Positions 50,052-60,356 are shown, numbered from the stretch's first letter. The stretch is 64,000 bases of DNA from Deltaproteobacteria bacterium (GCA_015494395.1 WGBG01000068.1:34079-98078); one strand, 5' to 3'. The notes: generated by a model from the letters alone, not told the origin. A program made the numbers and translations.

Positions 50052-50792
50052 ATGGATATGAGTGAATCTGCTCCCAGGCCGGCTGATCCGGATGAGGTAA
50101 TAGCTGCGGCAGAGGCAGTGCTCTTTGCCGCAGGGCGCCCTGTATCAATGCGCAACCTATGTTCGGCCCTTGACGAGTTTGACCCTTCACAGGTAAGGGC
50201 TGCTCTCCAGGCACTTTCCGCAAGATATGACCGGCCTGGATCTGGTATCGAGCTTGCCGAGGTTGCAGGTGGATACGTGGTTCGCACAAAGCCTTCCCAG
50301 AAGAGATTTGTCATAAAGGCCCGGCAGAAGAGTCCTGCAAGGCTAAGCCGTGCTGCCATGGAGACCCTGGCGCTTGTTGCCTATAAACAGCCTGTCACCA
50401 GGGCAGAGATTGAGGCAATAAGGGGGGTTGATTCAAGCGGGACACTTCGTTTTTTAATGGAGCGCAGGCTTGTGCGCATCCAGGGAAGGAAGGATGTGCC
50501 TGGAAGGCCCCTTCTTTATGGAACCACGCGTTATTTTCTTGAGCTTTTCCAGTTGAAAGACCTTAAATCACTTCCGGACAGCACTGAGCTAAAGGAACTT
50601 GAGCTTTTAACCAAGGGGCAGCTCAGCCTGTTTGAGGGCAAGGACGGAGGAAGCAAGGACAAGGCTTCTGGTGATGTTTCCGGGGAAATGGCCAAAGACG
50701 ATGCCAAGTCACCCATGACGGATTCCCGGCCCGTGCCCCCTGGCATTGATGAAACCCCACTGGTTAATGACGAGGCAAAACAGACTGCATGA
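50052..50792 (+). CDS. scpB: segregation and condensation protein B
   Basis: 246-aa ORF with AEAVLFAAGRPVS and two winged-helix repeats (ETLALVAYKQPVTRAEIEAIRGV). Confidence 0.88.
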   Translation: MDMSESAPRPADPDEVIAAAEAVLFAAGRPVSMRNLCSALDEFDPSQVRAALQALSARYDRPGSGIELAEVAGGYVVRTKPSQKRFVIKARQKSPARLSRAAMETLALVAYKQPVTRAEIEAIRGVDSSGTLRFLMERRLVRIQGRKDVPGRPLLYGTTRYFLELFQLKDLKSLPDSTELKELELLTKGQLSLFEGKDGGSKDKASGDVSGEMAKDDAKSPMTDSRPVPPGIDETPLVNDEAKQTA

Positions 50793-51697
50793 AACCTGAT
50801 CTCTCAACATCGGTTGGCTCCTTGAAACTTTCAGGCCCGGTGCTCCTTGCATCAGGGACCTGTGGTTACGGTGCAGAGCTTGAGGGACTGTTGGACCTTA
50901 ATGCAATAGGCGGGATTGTTGTAAAGGGTATTTCACTTGAGCCTCGCAAGGGGAATCCTCCTCCAAGGATTGCAGAGACACCCTGCGGCCTGCTTAATGC
51001 CATTGGCCTTGAAAATGTCGGTGTTGATGCCTTTCTTGAGAAAAAACTTCCGTGGCTTTGCAAGCTTGACTGTGTTGTAATTGTTAACATCCTTGGAAGC
51101 AGCGCTCAGGAATATGCGCAGATGGCCCGGCGGCTTGATGGTGTCAAGGGTGTTGATGCCCTGGAGGTAAACATATCCTGCCCCAATGTGAAGGAGGGGG
51201 GAGTTGCCTTTGGAACAGATCCAATTGCAGCCTCAGAGGTTACCGCAGCGGTAAGGGAGTGCACCTCGCTCCCGGTAATCGTAAAACTTTCTCCAAATGT
51301 CACAGATATTACGGTCATTGCAAGGGCAGTGGAGTCAGCAGGCGCCGATGCCATATCCCTGATAAACACGCTCCTTGGTATGAAAATAGACATTTTTTCC
51401 AGGCGCCCTGCCATAGCAAATACATTTGCAGGGCTCTCAGGGCCTGCCATAAGGCCGGTTGCACTGAGGATGGTGTGGCAGGCGGTTAGCAGCGTATCTG
51501 TCCCTGTTATAGGCATAGGCGGAATCACCACCTCGCAGGATGCCGTGGAGTTTCTCATGGCAGGTGCCTGTGCCGTCCAGGTAGGCACTGCAACCCTGGT
51601 AAAACCCTCGGCAGCAGCAGAAATTACGGAGGGCATTGGTGAATTCATGAAGCAGCAGGGCATAAAAAGTATTGAGCAGTTGAATATAAACACATAG
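50789..51697 (+). CDS. pyrD: dihydroorotate dehydrogenase, class 1 catalytic subunit
   Basis: 302-aa ORF with LENVG and the NISCPNV active-site Cys. No pyrK-like gene lies next to it. Confidence 0.88.
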   Translation: MKPDLSTSVGSLKLSGPVLLASGTCGYGAELEGLLDLNAIGGIVVKGISLEPRKGNPPPRIAETPCGLLNAIGLENVGVDAFLEKKLPWLCKLDCVVIVNILGSSAQEYAQMARRLDGVKGVDALEVNISCPNVKEGGVAFGTDPIAASEVTAAVRECTSLPVIVKLSPNVTDITVIARAVESAGADAISLINTLLGMKIDIFSRRPAIANTFAGLSGPAIRPVALRMVWQAVSSVSVPVIGIGGITTSQDAVEFLMAGACAVQVGTATLVKPSAAAEITEGIGEFMKQQGIKSIEQLNINT

Positions 51698-51704
51698 ACA
51701 CAAT

Positions 51705-53255
51705 ATGAAGCATAAACCTCCTGTTACAAGACAGTTTGACCTCTCCCTGCCTCCGCCGGTTCCTGGAGATAACCGTTCCCACGAGGCGCGGCTTCGTTCA
51801 TCCCTTGAATCCGAACTCGGTGCAGCCCCGGCCATTCCCCTCTCTCTGTGCCGCAGGTTAAGCTCTGTACTTCCAGATTCAGACTTTAAGGTCAAGGCAG
51901 TGGTATCACGTGGCCCCTGCGGTTGGGAGGCTGTGGATGTACTTCCTGGAAACAGCTCGGAACCCGTGCTGGGAGTCGCCATTGATCTTGGAAGCACAAC
52001 CGTGGTCTTTTACCTGGTTGACATGCTTGAATCAAAGGTGATAGCCACTGTTTCACGCCCTAATCCCCAGCGTGCACATGGCGAGGATATCCTTGAGCGC
52101 ATACTCTTTGCAGGCCGTGGTGACGGCTTAAAGGTGCTCCAGTCAGAGATAGTTGACCTTATCAACAACACCATATCAGAGATTACAGGAGAGCATGGCT
52201 GTTCTCCCGGGTCTGTCTATTACCTTACAGTGGCAGGAAACACCACCATGTGCCATTTTCTCCTGGCACTTGATCCTTCCCATATCTGCAAAGAGCCATA
52301 TCTTCCAAGTGTAAACCGTTTTGATCTCATGCGGGCATCCGAAGCAGGTATAAGGTGCCATGAGCTTTCATGGCTTTACTGCTTTCCAAATATTGGCAGC
52401 TACTTTGGCGGGGACCTCCTTGCCGGGATCCTTGCATCAGGCATGCACAGGAGTGAGGAGATCTCCATGCTTGTGGATGTTGGCACAAATGCAGAGGTGG
52501 TGCTTGGAAACCGTGACTGGCTGGTGTCCTGTGCAGGGGCAGCAGGACCTGCCCTTGAGGGTGGCATACTTACGTGCGGAATGAGGGCACAGCCAGGGGC
52601 AATTGAGCGTGTGGAAATATCACCGTCGGATTTGTCTGTCAAATACAAGGTTATTGGCGATGAGGCCCCCAGGGGGCTTTGCGGTTCTGCAATCATAGAC
52701 CTGCTTTCTGCCATGTTCCTTGCAGGCATTGTGGATGTGACTGGCAAACTGGTCCCTGAAAGAGATCCTCAGAGAATCAGGGAGATAAACGGCGAGTTGG
52801 CATGGGTGCTTGTTGAGGCTGACAGGACTGCCACAGGAAAGCCGGTTTACATTACCCAGAGCGACATAAAAAACCTGGTGCGTTCAAAGGGGGCCATGTA
52901 CACCATTTTGAACGTGGTTATCCAGAGTGTAGGTGTTAGTTTTGCAGATATTGACAACTTCTACGTTGCAGGGGCTTTTGGGAACTATATCGACCCGGTT
53001 AAGGCAATATCAATCGGTATGCTTCCAGATATCCCTGTTGATAAATTCAAGCCCCTTGGAAATTCCGCAGGTACAGGGGCGGTTAAGGCACTTCTTGATT
53101 CAGGCGCAATAGATGAGGTTGAGCATATCATGGAAAAGCTCACCTACCTTGAGATGAACGTAAGGGGTGACTTCATGAACCAGCTTACCGCTGCCCTGTT
53201 CCTGCCCCATACAGATCGCAGCCTTTTTCCAAGCGTAAAGGTGCCAAAGTTCTGA
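51705..53255 (+). CDS. ASKHA-fold ATPase, DUF4445 / RACo (corrinoid reductive activase)-like, lacking the N-terminal Fe-S domain
   Basis: 516-aa ORF with the phosphate-1 motif GVAIDLGSTTVV and VDVGTNAEV, and an overall DUF4445 layout. The family assignment is recall-based. Confidence 0.65.
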   Translation: MKHKPPVTRQFDLSLPPPVPGDNRSHEARLRSSLESELGAAPAIPLSLCRRLSSVLPDSDFKVKAVVSRGPCGWEAVDVLPGNSSEPVLGVAIDLGSTTVVFYLVDMLESKVIATVSRPNPQRAHGEDILERILFAGRGDGLKVLQSEIVDLINNTISEITGEHGCSPGSVYYLTVAGNTTMCHFLLALDPSHICKEPYLPSVNRFDLMRASEAGIRCHELSWLYCFPNIGSYFGGDLLAGILASGMHRSEEISMLVDVGTNAEVVLGNRDWLVSCAGAAGPALEGGILTCGMRAQPGAIERVEISPSDLSVKYKVIGDEAPRGLCGSAIIDLLSAMFLAGIVDVTGKLVPERDPQRIREINGELAWVLVEADRTATGKPVYITQSDIKNLVRSKGAMYTILNVVIQSVGVSFADIDNFYVAGAFGNYIDPVKAISIGMLPDIPVDKFKPLGNSAGTGAVKALLDSGAIDEVEHIMEKLTYLEMNVRGDFMNQLTAALFLPHTDRSLFPSVKVPKF

Positions 53256-53334
53256 AAAAGGGATTTTGATCTGAATCTCAATATGCCGATCGATTTCAAC
53301 CTAAATTGCATATTTTGAAACATTTAATGCAGGT

Positions 53335-54225
53335 TCAATTAAAGTATCTGACTCTTGGCGTACCTGAGTTTCTTCTTGGCAGTTGCCAGCGCCAGCCACC
53401 TGCATGTCTTCCTCCGATTATGCACTTGGGAGGTCGGGATGTTTTTATGGGGAAGCGCAGGGATATCGGGTCTGAAACAGGGTCAAATGAGAAACATTTG
53501 TGAAAAAACCATACTTCAGGCCATTTTTCATGTTTTGGATCATTTTCAACCAGATACTGATCTATGGCCTTCATTCCTTCACTAACCGCTTTTGCTGAAT
53601 AACTTACTTCAACAAAGTTATTGGGAGCAATGGTCCCCACGCACACATAGCCCAGGTCCTGCCTTGCAACCTCTTCCCATTCCCCGCCTTTTTCGGCCAT
53701 TACAAAACACAAACTTCTCATTATTACACCAAAGGCAGGTTGTTGCCCCTTGTTCCATATGGTGGATACAGCGCACCTGGAAGGCTTTTTATAAGCATTG
53801 GCAAGCCAGGAAGCCGTTGGCGAGCGTGTAGCCTGATATTGGGCTGCCCCAAACCAGTTAGGAGTATTTGCCTTCCACTGATCAAAGAAGCGGTTGGCAT
53901 AAAGTTGGGCGTAATAATCCGGGTGGTCCATCACGATATAAGGGCCAAAACCCGGTGGATCGTCAGGTTGAAAAGGTTTTTTTTCCAGTCTGGGTGTGCC
54001 TACCTGGTCACCACCCTGGGGTTTCAAGTCATGTGGAATGGGAAATTTTCTGATTGGCGGATGTATGTGTTTCAGTGCACCAATGTTTTTGATTGGTCCT
54101 TTGAATTTGAAAGTTTGGGAGTAGGCAGACGGTATGGAAATGGCACTTCCAAAGACGCCACCCATTATCTTCAAAAACTGTCTTCTTGATATAATCTTGT
54201 TTTTACCCATGTGCTTTTGCCCCAA
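53335..54225 (-). CDS. hypothetical Tat-signal protein
   Basis: 296-aa ORF with a twin-arginine signal (SRRQFLKIMGGVFGSAISIPSAYS). I recognise no cofactor or catalytic motif in it. Confidence 0.6.
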   Translation of the reverse strand: MGQKHMGKNKIISRRQFLKIMGGVFGSAISIPSAYSQTFKFKGPIKNIGALKHIHPPIRKFPIPHDLKPQGGDQVGTPRLEKKPFQPDDPPGFGPYIVMDHPDYYAQLYANRFFDQWKANTPNWFGAAQYQATRSPTASWLANAYKKPSRCAVSTIWNKGQQPAFGVIMRSLCFVMAEKGGEWEEVARQDLGYVCVGTIAPNNFVEVSYSAKAVSEGMKAIDQYLVENDPKHEKWPEVWFFHKCFSFDPVSDPISLRFPIKTSRPPKCIIGGRHAGGWRWQLPRRNSGTPRVRYFN

Positions 54226-54269
54226 TATATGTGAAAATATCCGGTTTGTATTGTTACGGATTGACCCGA

Positions 54270-56249
54270 TTATCTCAGTTTTATATTAGGTTTAAATCTA
54301 AGAAGTTTGTCAGGTATAAACATCCTGGGATTGTTGGACGGGAGTTTACCCACGGAGTCACCGATAACCACATTTTTTATATTGAAATTATCAGTTGCCC
54401 TTGTGGGAGTTCCCAATGGTCTGACATCCCAGCAAAGCCATCCGTATCCCCTGTCCCCATCAAGGTTGAAGTCCGGGGGGCAGTTACCTGAAACAATGTC
54501 TTTAATCATGGTTGTGCCAAGATCTACTGCATTTCCAAGGCACTGTCTGTCTGATTTTGCCGCCTTATTACATAGTGTTACCATCTCCAAGGTGGTGCGA
54601 ACTGTTTTAAGGCCGTGATAATAGGGCCTGTATAAAGAGGCTTTTTCAATAAAAGCGTCTGGTAGGGCACCATTTCTGTATGGCCCGTTTTTGCTGTGAT
54701 CTCGTTCCAGTGCAGTTGTAGGGTATTTCCACGGATACTGGAAACTTTGTGGGAAGCCACCGGCAGCAAGGCAGGCCTCCAGAAGCACCTTGTCGGTATC
54801 TTCCAGTTCCTTCAGTTTTTTCTTGGCATCATTTAGTAGCTTTGGCGTACTTATTACCCCTTCCTTGTGGGGATATTGCCGGTCTGGCTGGTGCTCTGGC
54901 ATATAAAATGTTTTTTCCCAGTCATAGTCCATCTCTGATGCCCCGACCAGCACAGCACCGGCGAGATTGCCAGCAAAGCCGGATGATATCCTGGAGCCAT
55001 GCTCCAACTCCTCAGGGTGCCCGTAACAGTATCCGCGCAGGGCAAGAACACGGCGGCAGGCCCTGTAAACGTGGTAGCATCCAAGTCTTATAAGGTATAG
55101 TGCGTACCTGATAGGGTAAACTGTTGTGGCTACTATCTGGTCACCTGCCCATTTAATCACCTTGGCAATATATTCAAACACTTCCTTTACAAAATTTATC
55201 AGGGCCTCTATAAGTGCACGCCATGTAAAGTGCCTGCGTCTCCTTTCTCCAAATTCATCTTCAAAAGAGGGAGGGGTAGGGCAGGCGTCAAAGTCAATGG
55301 GAAAATCCGGAGGCTCTGGAGGATCAATGCTGTAGCCCTTGGTTTGTATTTCAATGGCTCTCCGGAGCATGTCCCACATTCGCACCAGGTCTCCATCCAC
55401 AGGCCACTCTCGTCCCTCAAGCAACCTTCCGTCCGGGTGCCTGATGTTACTATAGGTCATTTTGAGGGCCTGGAGAAACTGCTCACGAATCGCCTTGTCC
55501 ATATTGCGGGGATAGTGTTCTGCCCAATGACTGTTGTTGATATCCAACTTCAAATAGTGGGCTAATGTCCATACATCAATATAGTTGTCTGTGCAGTGAT
55601 GCCTCTGCCATTGTCGCCGGTAAGGTGAGCCTGCGCAGGCATTTACATAGGCATGCCCGGTAGTATCGGTGGCAAGGTGGGTGACGTATCCGGCAGCATA
55701 GGCAAGTTTTTTGGGGTGGTTTCCTGCTGCTTTATACAGATTATGTGCAAATTGTGACGTTTTCCTGTAATGAAGCATGTCAAACCAGAACCATCCCTCC
55801 TCCCTGAGGCCCCTCTGCATGGGGAGTTTAAGGTATGCGAATCCGTCTATATAGCCGGACGCAAATGCGGAAAGGGCTGTTAAAAAGGTATTCTGGATGT
55901 CATCAAAGGTGGCACCAAATTCCTGGATTGCGTCTCTTAAAGGGGTATAGCCCGGAATATACCTTGAGGCTGCTCTATCAACAGCACGCTCCAGCTTTTC
56001 TATGGCCTCCTTGTAGGGCTCTATGAAGTCCTCAAACATTTCATAGACATGGATAGCCCTCTCAACCCAGATTTGTGCAACTGGCATTAGATCAAGAAAA
56101 AATGTAATGTCAGGGCCTTGGGAACCCATAGCCGCTATGTCAGGATGGTCGTGCATAATCTTGCAGAGGTCACCAAATCGTCCCGGCTGGTTTTTGCCAG
56201 CTTCGGCTATCTGTCTTTGAATAAATAGATGCGTGGCATAACCTGGCAA
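54270..56249 (-). CDS. large protein with an N-terminal zinc-dependent phospholipase C / S1-P1 nuclease-like domain
   Basis: 659-aa ORF. The first 250 residues or so carry the Zn_dep_PLPC-like His/Asp pattern (GYATH, GSQGPD, FDMLHY, GYVTHLATDTTGHAYVN, HHCTDNY). I do not recognise the remaining roughly 400 residues. There is no signal peptide. Confidence 0.6.
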   Translation of the reverse strand: MPGYATHLFIQRQIAEAGKNQPGRFGDLCKIMHDHPDIAAMGSQGPDITFFLDLMPVAQIWVERAIHVYEMFEDFIEPYKEAIEKLERAVDRAASRYIPGYTPLRDAIQEFGATFDDIQNTFLTALSAFASGYIDGFAYLKLPMQRGLREEGWFWFDMLHYRKTSQFAHNLYKAAGNHPKKLAYAAGYVTHLATDTTGHAYVNACAGSPYRRQWQRHHCTDNYIDVWTLAHYLKLDINNSHWAEHYPRNMDKAIREQFLQALKMTYSNIRHPDGRLLEGREWPVDGDLVRMWDMLRRAIEIQTKGYSIDPPEPPDFPIDFDACPTPPSFEDEFGERRRRHFTWRALIEALINFVKEVFEYIAKVIKWAGDQIVATTVYPIRYALYLIRLGCYHVYRACRRVLALRGYCYGHPEELEHGSRISSGFAGNLAGAVLVGASEMDYDWEKTFYMPEHQPDRQYPHKEGVISTPKLLNDAKKKLKELEDTDKVLLEACLAAGGFPQSFQYPWKYPTTALERDHSKNGPYRNGALPDAFIEKASLYRPYYHGLKTVRTTLEMVTLCNKAAKSDRQCLGNAVDLGTTMIKDIVSGNCPPDFNLDGDRGYGWLCWDVRPLGTPTRATDNFNIKNVVIGDSVGKLPSNNPRMFIPDKLLRFKPNIKLR

Positions 56250-56389
56250 CTTAACACCTCCTTGGAGCTAAGGCTTCTGATACGCTCATGTTGTGTTAAT
56301 TTTGTGTTAAAATAAAGTAACTAGGAATATTATGCTGAAACAGGATCAGGCAGTCAATCTCTGTTTTGTTGAACCTATATTGAATTCGT

Positions 56390-57421
56390 ATGACAAAACC
56401 GGCATATGTGTTCCCTATTGGGCATGCTGACTATAACGGGGAAGAGATCATGGGAGATTACATTGAAGTAACAGGATTCGGGGCACTTAACCTTGATTAT
56501 GTGTATGAAGTAGCTGATCTTGAGCTGATACGAAATGAGGGCTTTGAGCTTTACCCTGGCGGGGAGATAAGTGGCACTCCAGATGATGCCGCTGCTCTTC
56601 ACAGGCTCTGTGAGGAGCACGGCCGGCTTCTTGCCAGAAGCGGTGGCGGCTCTGCAGCAAATACCATAACTGTCCTTGCTGCCCTTGGGCATAAAACCGC
56701 GTTTATCGGTTCCGCAGGTGATGACGCCGAAGGAGAGTTCATTGTTGAGTCCATGAAAGGTGTGGACTGCGCCCGTGTGGTTCATTCCGGAATAAGCGGC
56801 CAGTGTATCGTGCTTATTGATTCAATGACCAGGGATCGGGCACTTTTTGTGGTTCCGGGAAGCGCTGTTCCTGAGATCAGCCCGAATTTTGACCTGTCTG
56901 GTACAAAAATCCTGCACATGAGCTCCCTTGCCATTGAAGAGGGCCCTCAAATACAGGAACGCCTTGTATCTTTGCTGTCCCCTGGACAGTGGCTCTCCTT
57001 TGATCCCGGTGAGCTTTATGCCAAAAGGGGAATGGATGAACTGGCACCGTTGCTTGCAAGGACAGATATCCTCTTTGTGACCCAGGATGAACTCTGCATG
57101 CTTGACAGCAGTTCAGGGGGATATGCAGTTTATCAGAGGCTCAATCATGGTAAAAATGCACCTCTCATGGTGGTAAAGCAGGGGGCAAGGGGTGCTGCGG
57201 CATTTATCCGCGGACAGGACTGGTTTGTGCCTGCAGTTCCTGTAAAAAGTGTTGTTGACAATACCGGTGCTGGAGATGCCTTTGCGGCAGGATTCCTTCA
57301 CGCACTGCTTGAAAAAAGACCTGTTCCTGAGTGTCTCAGCGAGGGGGCAAGGATTGCCTCGGTTTCGCTTGGCGGATACGGAAGGAACTGGCTGGGAAAG
57401 CTTGCTGCAACATCAGCCTAG
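56390..57421 (+). CDS. PfkB-family carbohydrate kinase
   Basis: 343-aa ORF with GGSAANT and the DNTGAGDAFAAGFL ATP-binding signature. The start is uncertain (ATG 56390 or an internal Met at 56450). The stop codon TAG lies inside the TIR of MITE-2 copy E. Confidence 0.8.
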   Translation: MTKPAYVFPIGHADYNGEEIMGDYIEVTGFGALNLDYVYEVADLELIRNEGFELYPGGEISGTPDDAAALHRLCEEHGRLLARSGGGSAANTITVLAALGHKTAFIGSAGDDAEGEFIVESMKGVDCARVVHSGISGQCIVLIDSMTRDRALFVVPGSAVPEISPNFDLSGTKILHMSSLAIEEGPQIQERLVSLLSPGQWLSFDPGELYAKRGMDELAPLLARTDILFVTQDELCMLDSSSGGYAVYQRLNHGKNAPLMVVKQGARGAAAFIRGQDWFVPAVPVKSVVDNTGAGDAFAAGFLHALLEKRPVPECLSEGARIASVSLGGYGRNWLGKLAATSA

Positions 57422-57624
57422 ATTGAGCGATTGTCGGATTTGCTGCAGATCCGCTAAAGAGGAATTCCCATAATAGTCGGCTATATGGGGATTCCTCTGA
57501 CAAAGGAGATGCAGTAAATACGGCAATCCCTAAGGGTTTCAAAACTGGAAAGCTATAATTGCCATAACTCCTTTTAATTTCGTTGAAAAGATATTTTCCC
57601 AGATTTTGAAACGCTCAATCTAGG
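57417..57624 (-). mobile_element. MITE family 2, copy E (208 bp)
   Basis: Perfect 5-bp TSD ATCAG at 57412-57416 and 57625-57629. It is inserted between the convergent 3' ends of the PfkB and GT39 genes. Confidence 0.93.
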
Positions 57625-57625
57625 A

Positions 57626-59227
57626 TCAGGTTAATTCAAGGGCTATTACCTCTTTTCTGTGCACCAGGCCTGAGGCTATCTGCCTAGTGTGTGCATTTTT
57701 CCTGATTTTTTCAAGTTCCTTAATCCACTTTTTGTAGAGAATTACGATGGCTGGCCTGGATGTCTCTTTTAAATCTTCCGGGTTATTTAAAAAATGCAGC
57801 CTGGTATTGCTGTAAAAGGCAAGTTTCAGTCCATCTCCATCCGGGTTTATTCGGTAAACCAGTACCGGATAGTTGTTTATGTTTTGCCTCTCCACCTCTT
57901 CCATAAAACTTCGCCCGGATTCATGGCGTGCCATTACTGGTTCCACGGCAACTGCGTTTAAGAGAAGTAGCACTGCAGTTAGAAGTGCCGTAATTACTGA
58001 TGCAAGACCTGCAAGGTTGTACATGGCAACTGGCCCGGTGCTGGCATGTCTGGAATCCAAGCTGTTCTGGCTTTGAGATTTGAGGTGTTTTTTCCATACA
58101 TGGCATGCAGTTGCCTGTATGCCTGCTGCAATAAGGATTGCCATGAATGGGTATGCTGGCAGTACGTATCTTCCGTGTCTTGTGCTTGCCATTGAAAAAA
58201 GGGCAAAGATAAAGACTGTCCCGGCAGCGCACTGGCGCAGAAGGGTGGAGCAGTTAGTGTTTGTATGCTTAAAAAATTTTTGGGCTCCTGTGACGGAGCA
58301 GTTCTGTAATGCCTCCTTGCTTTTTCGTTTCATGATAGTGGGAAGGATGGCTATAAGCAGCAGCCACGGGGAAAATGAAGTGACAATCTGGATTATATAA
58401 TAATATGCCGGTTTGTTCGGCTGTGTACCAACCCTGTCCACAACTTGATTTCCCCAAACCTTTAAGGCCAGTTCCTTTCCCCCCTGCAGATAAACGGCGC
58501 TGAAGTATAAACCGGCAAGAAGTATTGCTGCACCAAGTGAAAAGGCGCACAAGATAAAAAGTTTTTTCCAGGAGCGCTCCATTAGGAAAAAAAGACCAGT
58601 TGCCCCCAGGGGGATTACAACTCCCACAGGCCCTTTGATCAGAATTGAAAGTCCAATCAATATAAATGCACTGAACGCCAGCGAGATGGTTTTTGTCAGG
58701 CTGTGGGGATTCCCTGCCAATTTCATCAAGACCAGGAAGGCACCAAATGTGGTTAGTGCCAGCATCATATCCACTGTTGCGTGTCCTGCTCCGAGCCAAA
58801 ATCCCGGTGCAGTGGCAAGGACAAGGCTTGAGATCAGGGCAAGATCTGTTGATACCTTGCGGGCATAAGACCATGTGAGATATACAAGCCAGGCGGCAGA
58901 AACAGCAGATGGGAGCACTGCAGAAAATGTGGTGACCCTGCCTGCAGGGATGGAGAATATGTATTCCAGGATGAAGTAGAGTGGGGGGTAGTCCGGATAA
59001 GGCCTTCCCATCATGTACGGGATAAGGGATATTCCTTGCTGAAAGATCTCTTTGGCAAAAAGGGCATTTCTTGCCTCCATACCATAGATATCCCTCAGCA
59101 AAGAAGGTATTGCATAAAGCATTAAAGGCAGCAGAAAAAAAAGTGGCTTTTTTCTGCTGTCATGTGTTAGCAGGTGATAGCAGCGGCTTGTTACGAAAGC
59201 TCCCTTGCCGCCTTTCAGAATTGCCAT
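57626..59227 (-). CDS. glycosyltransferase family 39 / ArnT-like polyprenyl-phosphate-sugar transferase
   Basis: 533-aa ORF with 10 or more TM helices, an ArnT/PMT_2-like layout and a soluble C-terminal domain. It lies downstream of an ArnA-C-like gene. Confidence 0.65.
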   Translation of the reverse strand: MAILKGGKGAFVTSRCYHLLTHDSRKKPLFFLLPLMLYAIPSLLRDIYGMEARNALFAKEIFQQGISLIPYMMGRPYPDYPPLYFILEYIFSIPAGRVTTFSAVLPSAVSAAWLVYLTWSYARKVSTDLALISSLVLATAPGFWLGAGHATVDMMLALTTFGAFLVLMKLAGNPHSLTKTISLAFSAFILIGLSILIKGPVGVVIPLGATGLFFLMERSWKKLFILCAFSLGAAILLAGLYFSAVYLQGGKELALKVWGNQVVDRVGTQPNKPAYYYIIQIVTSFSPWLLLIAILPTIMKRKSKEALQNCSVTGAQKFFKHTNTNCSTLLRQCAAGTVFIFALFSMASTRHGRYVLPAYPFMAILIAAGIQATACHVWKKHLKSQSQNSLDSRHASTGPVAMYNLAGLASVITALLTAVLLLLNAVAVEPVMARHESGRSFMEEVERQNINNYPVLVYRINPDGDGLKLAFYSNTRLHFLNNPEDLKETSRPAIVILYKKWIKELEKIRKNAHTRQIASGLVHRKEVIALELT

Positions 59228-59261
59228 TTCCTTATGTTAACATGCAAAAAATGCCGATTTT

Positions 59262-60311
59262 CTACAGATCGTCAGGATGGCCAAGCTCGGTTATGCTCCC
59301 TGATTCAACGTATGATGCAATGGTTCGCCTCAGTGCGTCCTTAAGTCCGATTTTGGGCTCCCAGCCGAGAACCTTTTTGGCAAGGGATATGTCAGGCACC
59401 CGATAACCCACATCTTCATAATCAGGGCCGTAGTAGGTGGCAGAGTCAATTTCAGTCAGTGTGGCCTGATCTGCCTTTTCAGCAATTTCAGGAAACTCCT
59501 TGCATACCTCCACCATCATCTCTGCTAGGTCTCTGATTGAGTAGTCATTGTCAGGGTTTCCAATGTTGAAGATGCGGCCGTCACAGCGCCTTCCCTTATT
59601 CTTAAGAATGGCAAACAGGCAGTCAAGCCCGTCATCAACATAGGTGAAACAGCGGCGTTGTTTGCCGCCATCCACCAGGGTTATGGGCTCTCCCCTTAAA
59701 ATATGTCCCAGGAACTGGGTCACAACGCGAGAGCTTCCCTCTTTTGGTGTGGCCAGGCTGTCAAGACCGGAGCCAATCCAGTTAAAGGGGCGTATAAGCG
59801 TAAACTGGAGGTCACGGTGAATTCCCATTGCCCAGATCACCCGGTCCATCATCTGTTTTGCGCAGGCGTATATCCAGCGCTGCTTGTGAATAGGCCCATA
59901 GACAAGCTGGCTGGTATCTTCATTAAAGGCAGGGTCTTGGCACATGCCATAGACCTCGCTTGTAGATGGAAATATAACCCTGGTTCCGTATTGAGCGCAC
60001 TGTCTAACTATGCGGAGGTTCTGCTCAAAATCAAGCTCAAATACCCTTAGAGGGTCCTTGACATAGCTGGCAGGCGTAGCAATGGCAACAAGGGGCAGGC
60101 AGACATCGCATTTTTTTACATGATACTCTATCCATTCCTTGTTAATTGAAATGTCCCCCTCAATAAAGTGGATGTTGGGGTGGTTTACCCTGTCGCCAAG
60201 CCTGTCTGAAGACAGGTCCATTCCATAGATTTCCCAGTCCGTTTCATTCGCAACCCTGCGAACCAGATGACTGCCAATAAAACCGTTTACGCCAAGGACA
60301 AGAATTTTCAT
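59262..60311 (-). CDS. UDP-glucuronate oxidative decarboxylase (ArnA C-terminal domain homologue)
   Basis: 349-aa SDR. VLGVNGFIGSHL, HFIEGDISINKEWIEYHVKKCDV.LPLVAIATP, RVFELDFE.NL and IFPSTSEVYGMC run collinear with the E. coli ArnA dehydrogenase domain as I recall it. Confidence 0.85.
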   Translation of the reverse strand: MKILVLGVNGFIGSHLVRRVANETDWEIYGMDLSSDRLGDRVNHPNIHFIEGDISINKEWIEYHVKKCDVCLPLVAIATPASYVKDPLRVFELDFEQNLRIVRQCAQYGTRVIFPSTSEVYGMCQDPAFNEDTSQLVYGPIHKQRWIYACAKQMMDRVIWAMGIHRDLQFTLIRPFNWIGSGLDSLATPKEGSSRVVTQFLGHILRGEPITLVDGGKQRRCFTYVDDGLDCLFAILKNKGRRCDGRIFNIGNPDNDYSIRDLAEMMVEVCKEFPEIAEKADQATLTEIDSATYYGPDYEDVGYRVPDISLAKKVLGWEPKIGLKDALRRTIASYVESGSITELGHPDDL

Positions 60312-60356
60312 CTGTTATGTTACTCCCGTGGGTACATTAATAAGGCTAATAATTCA

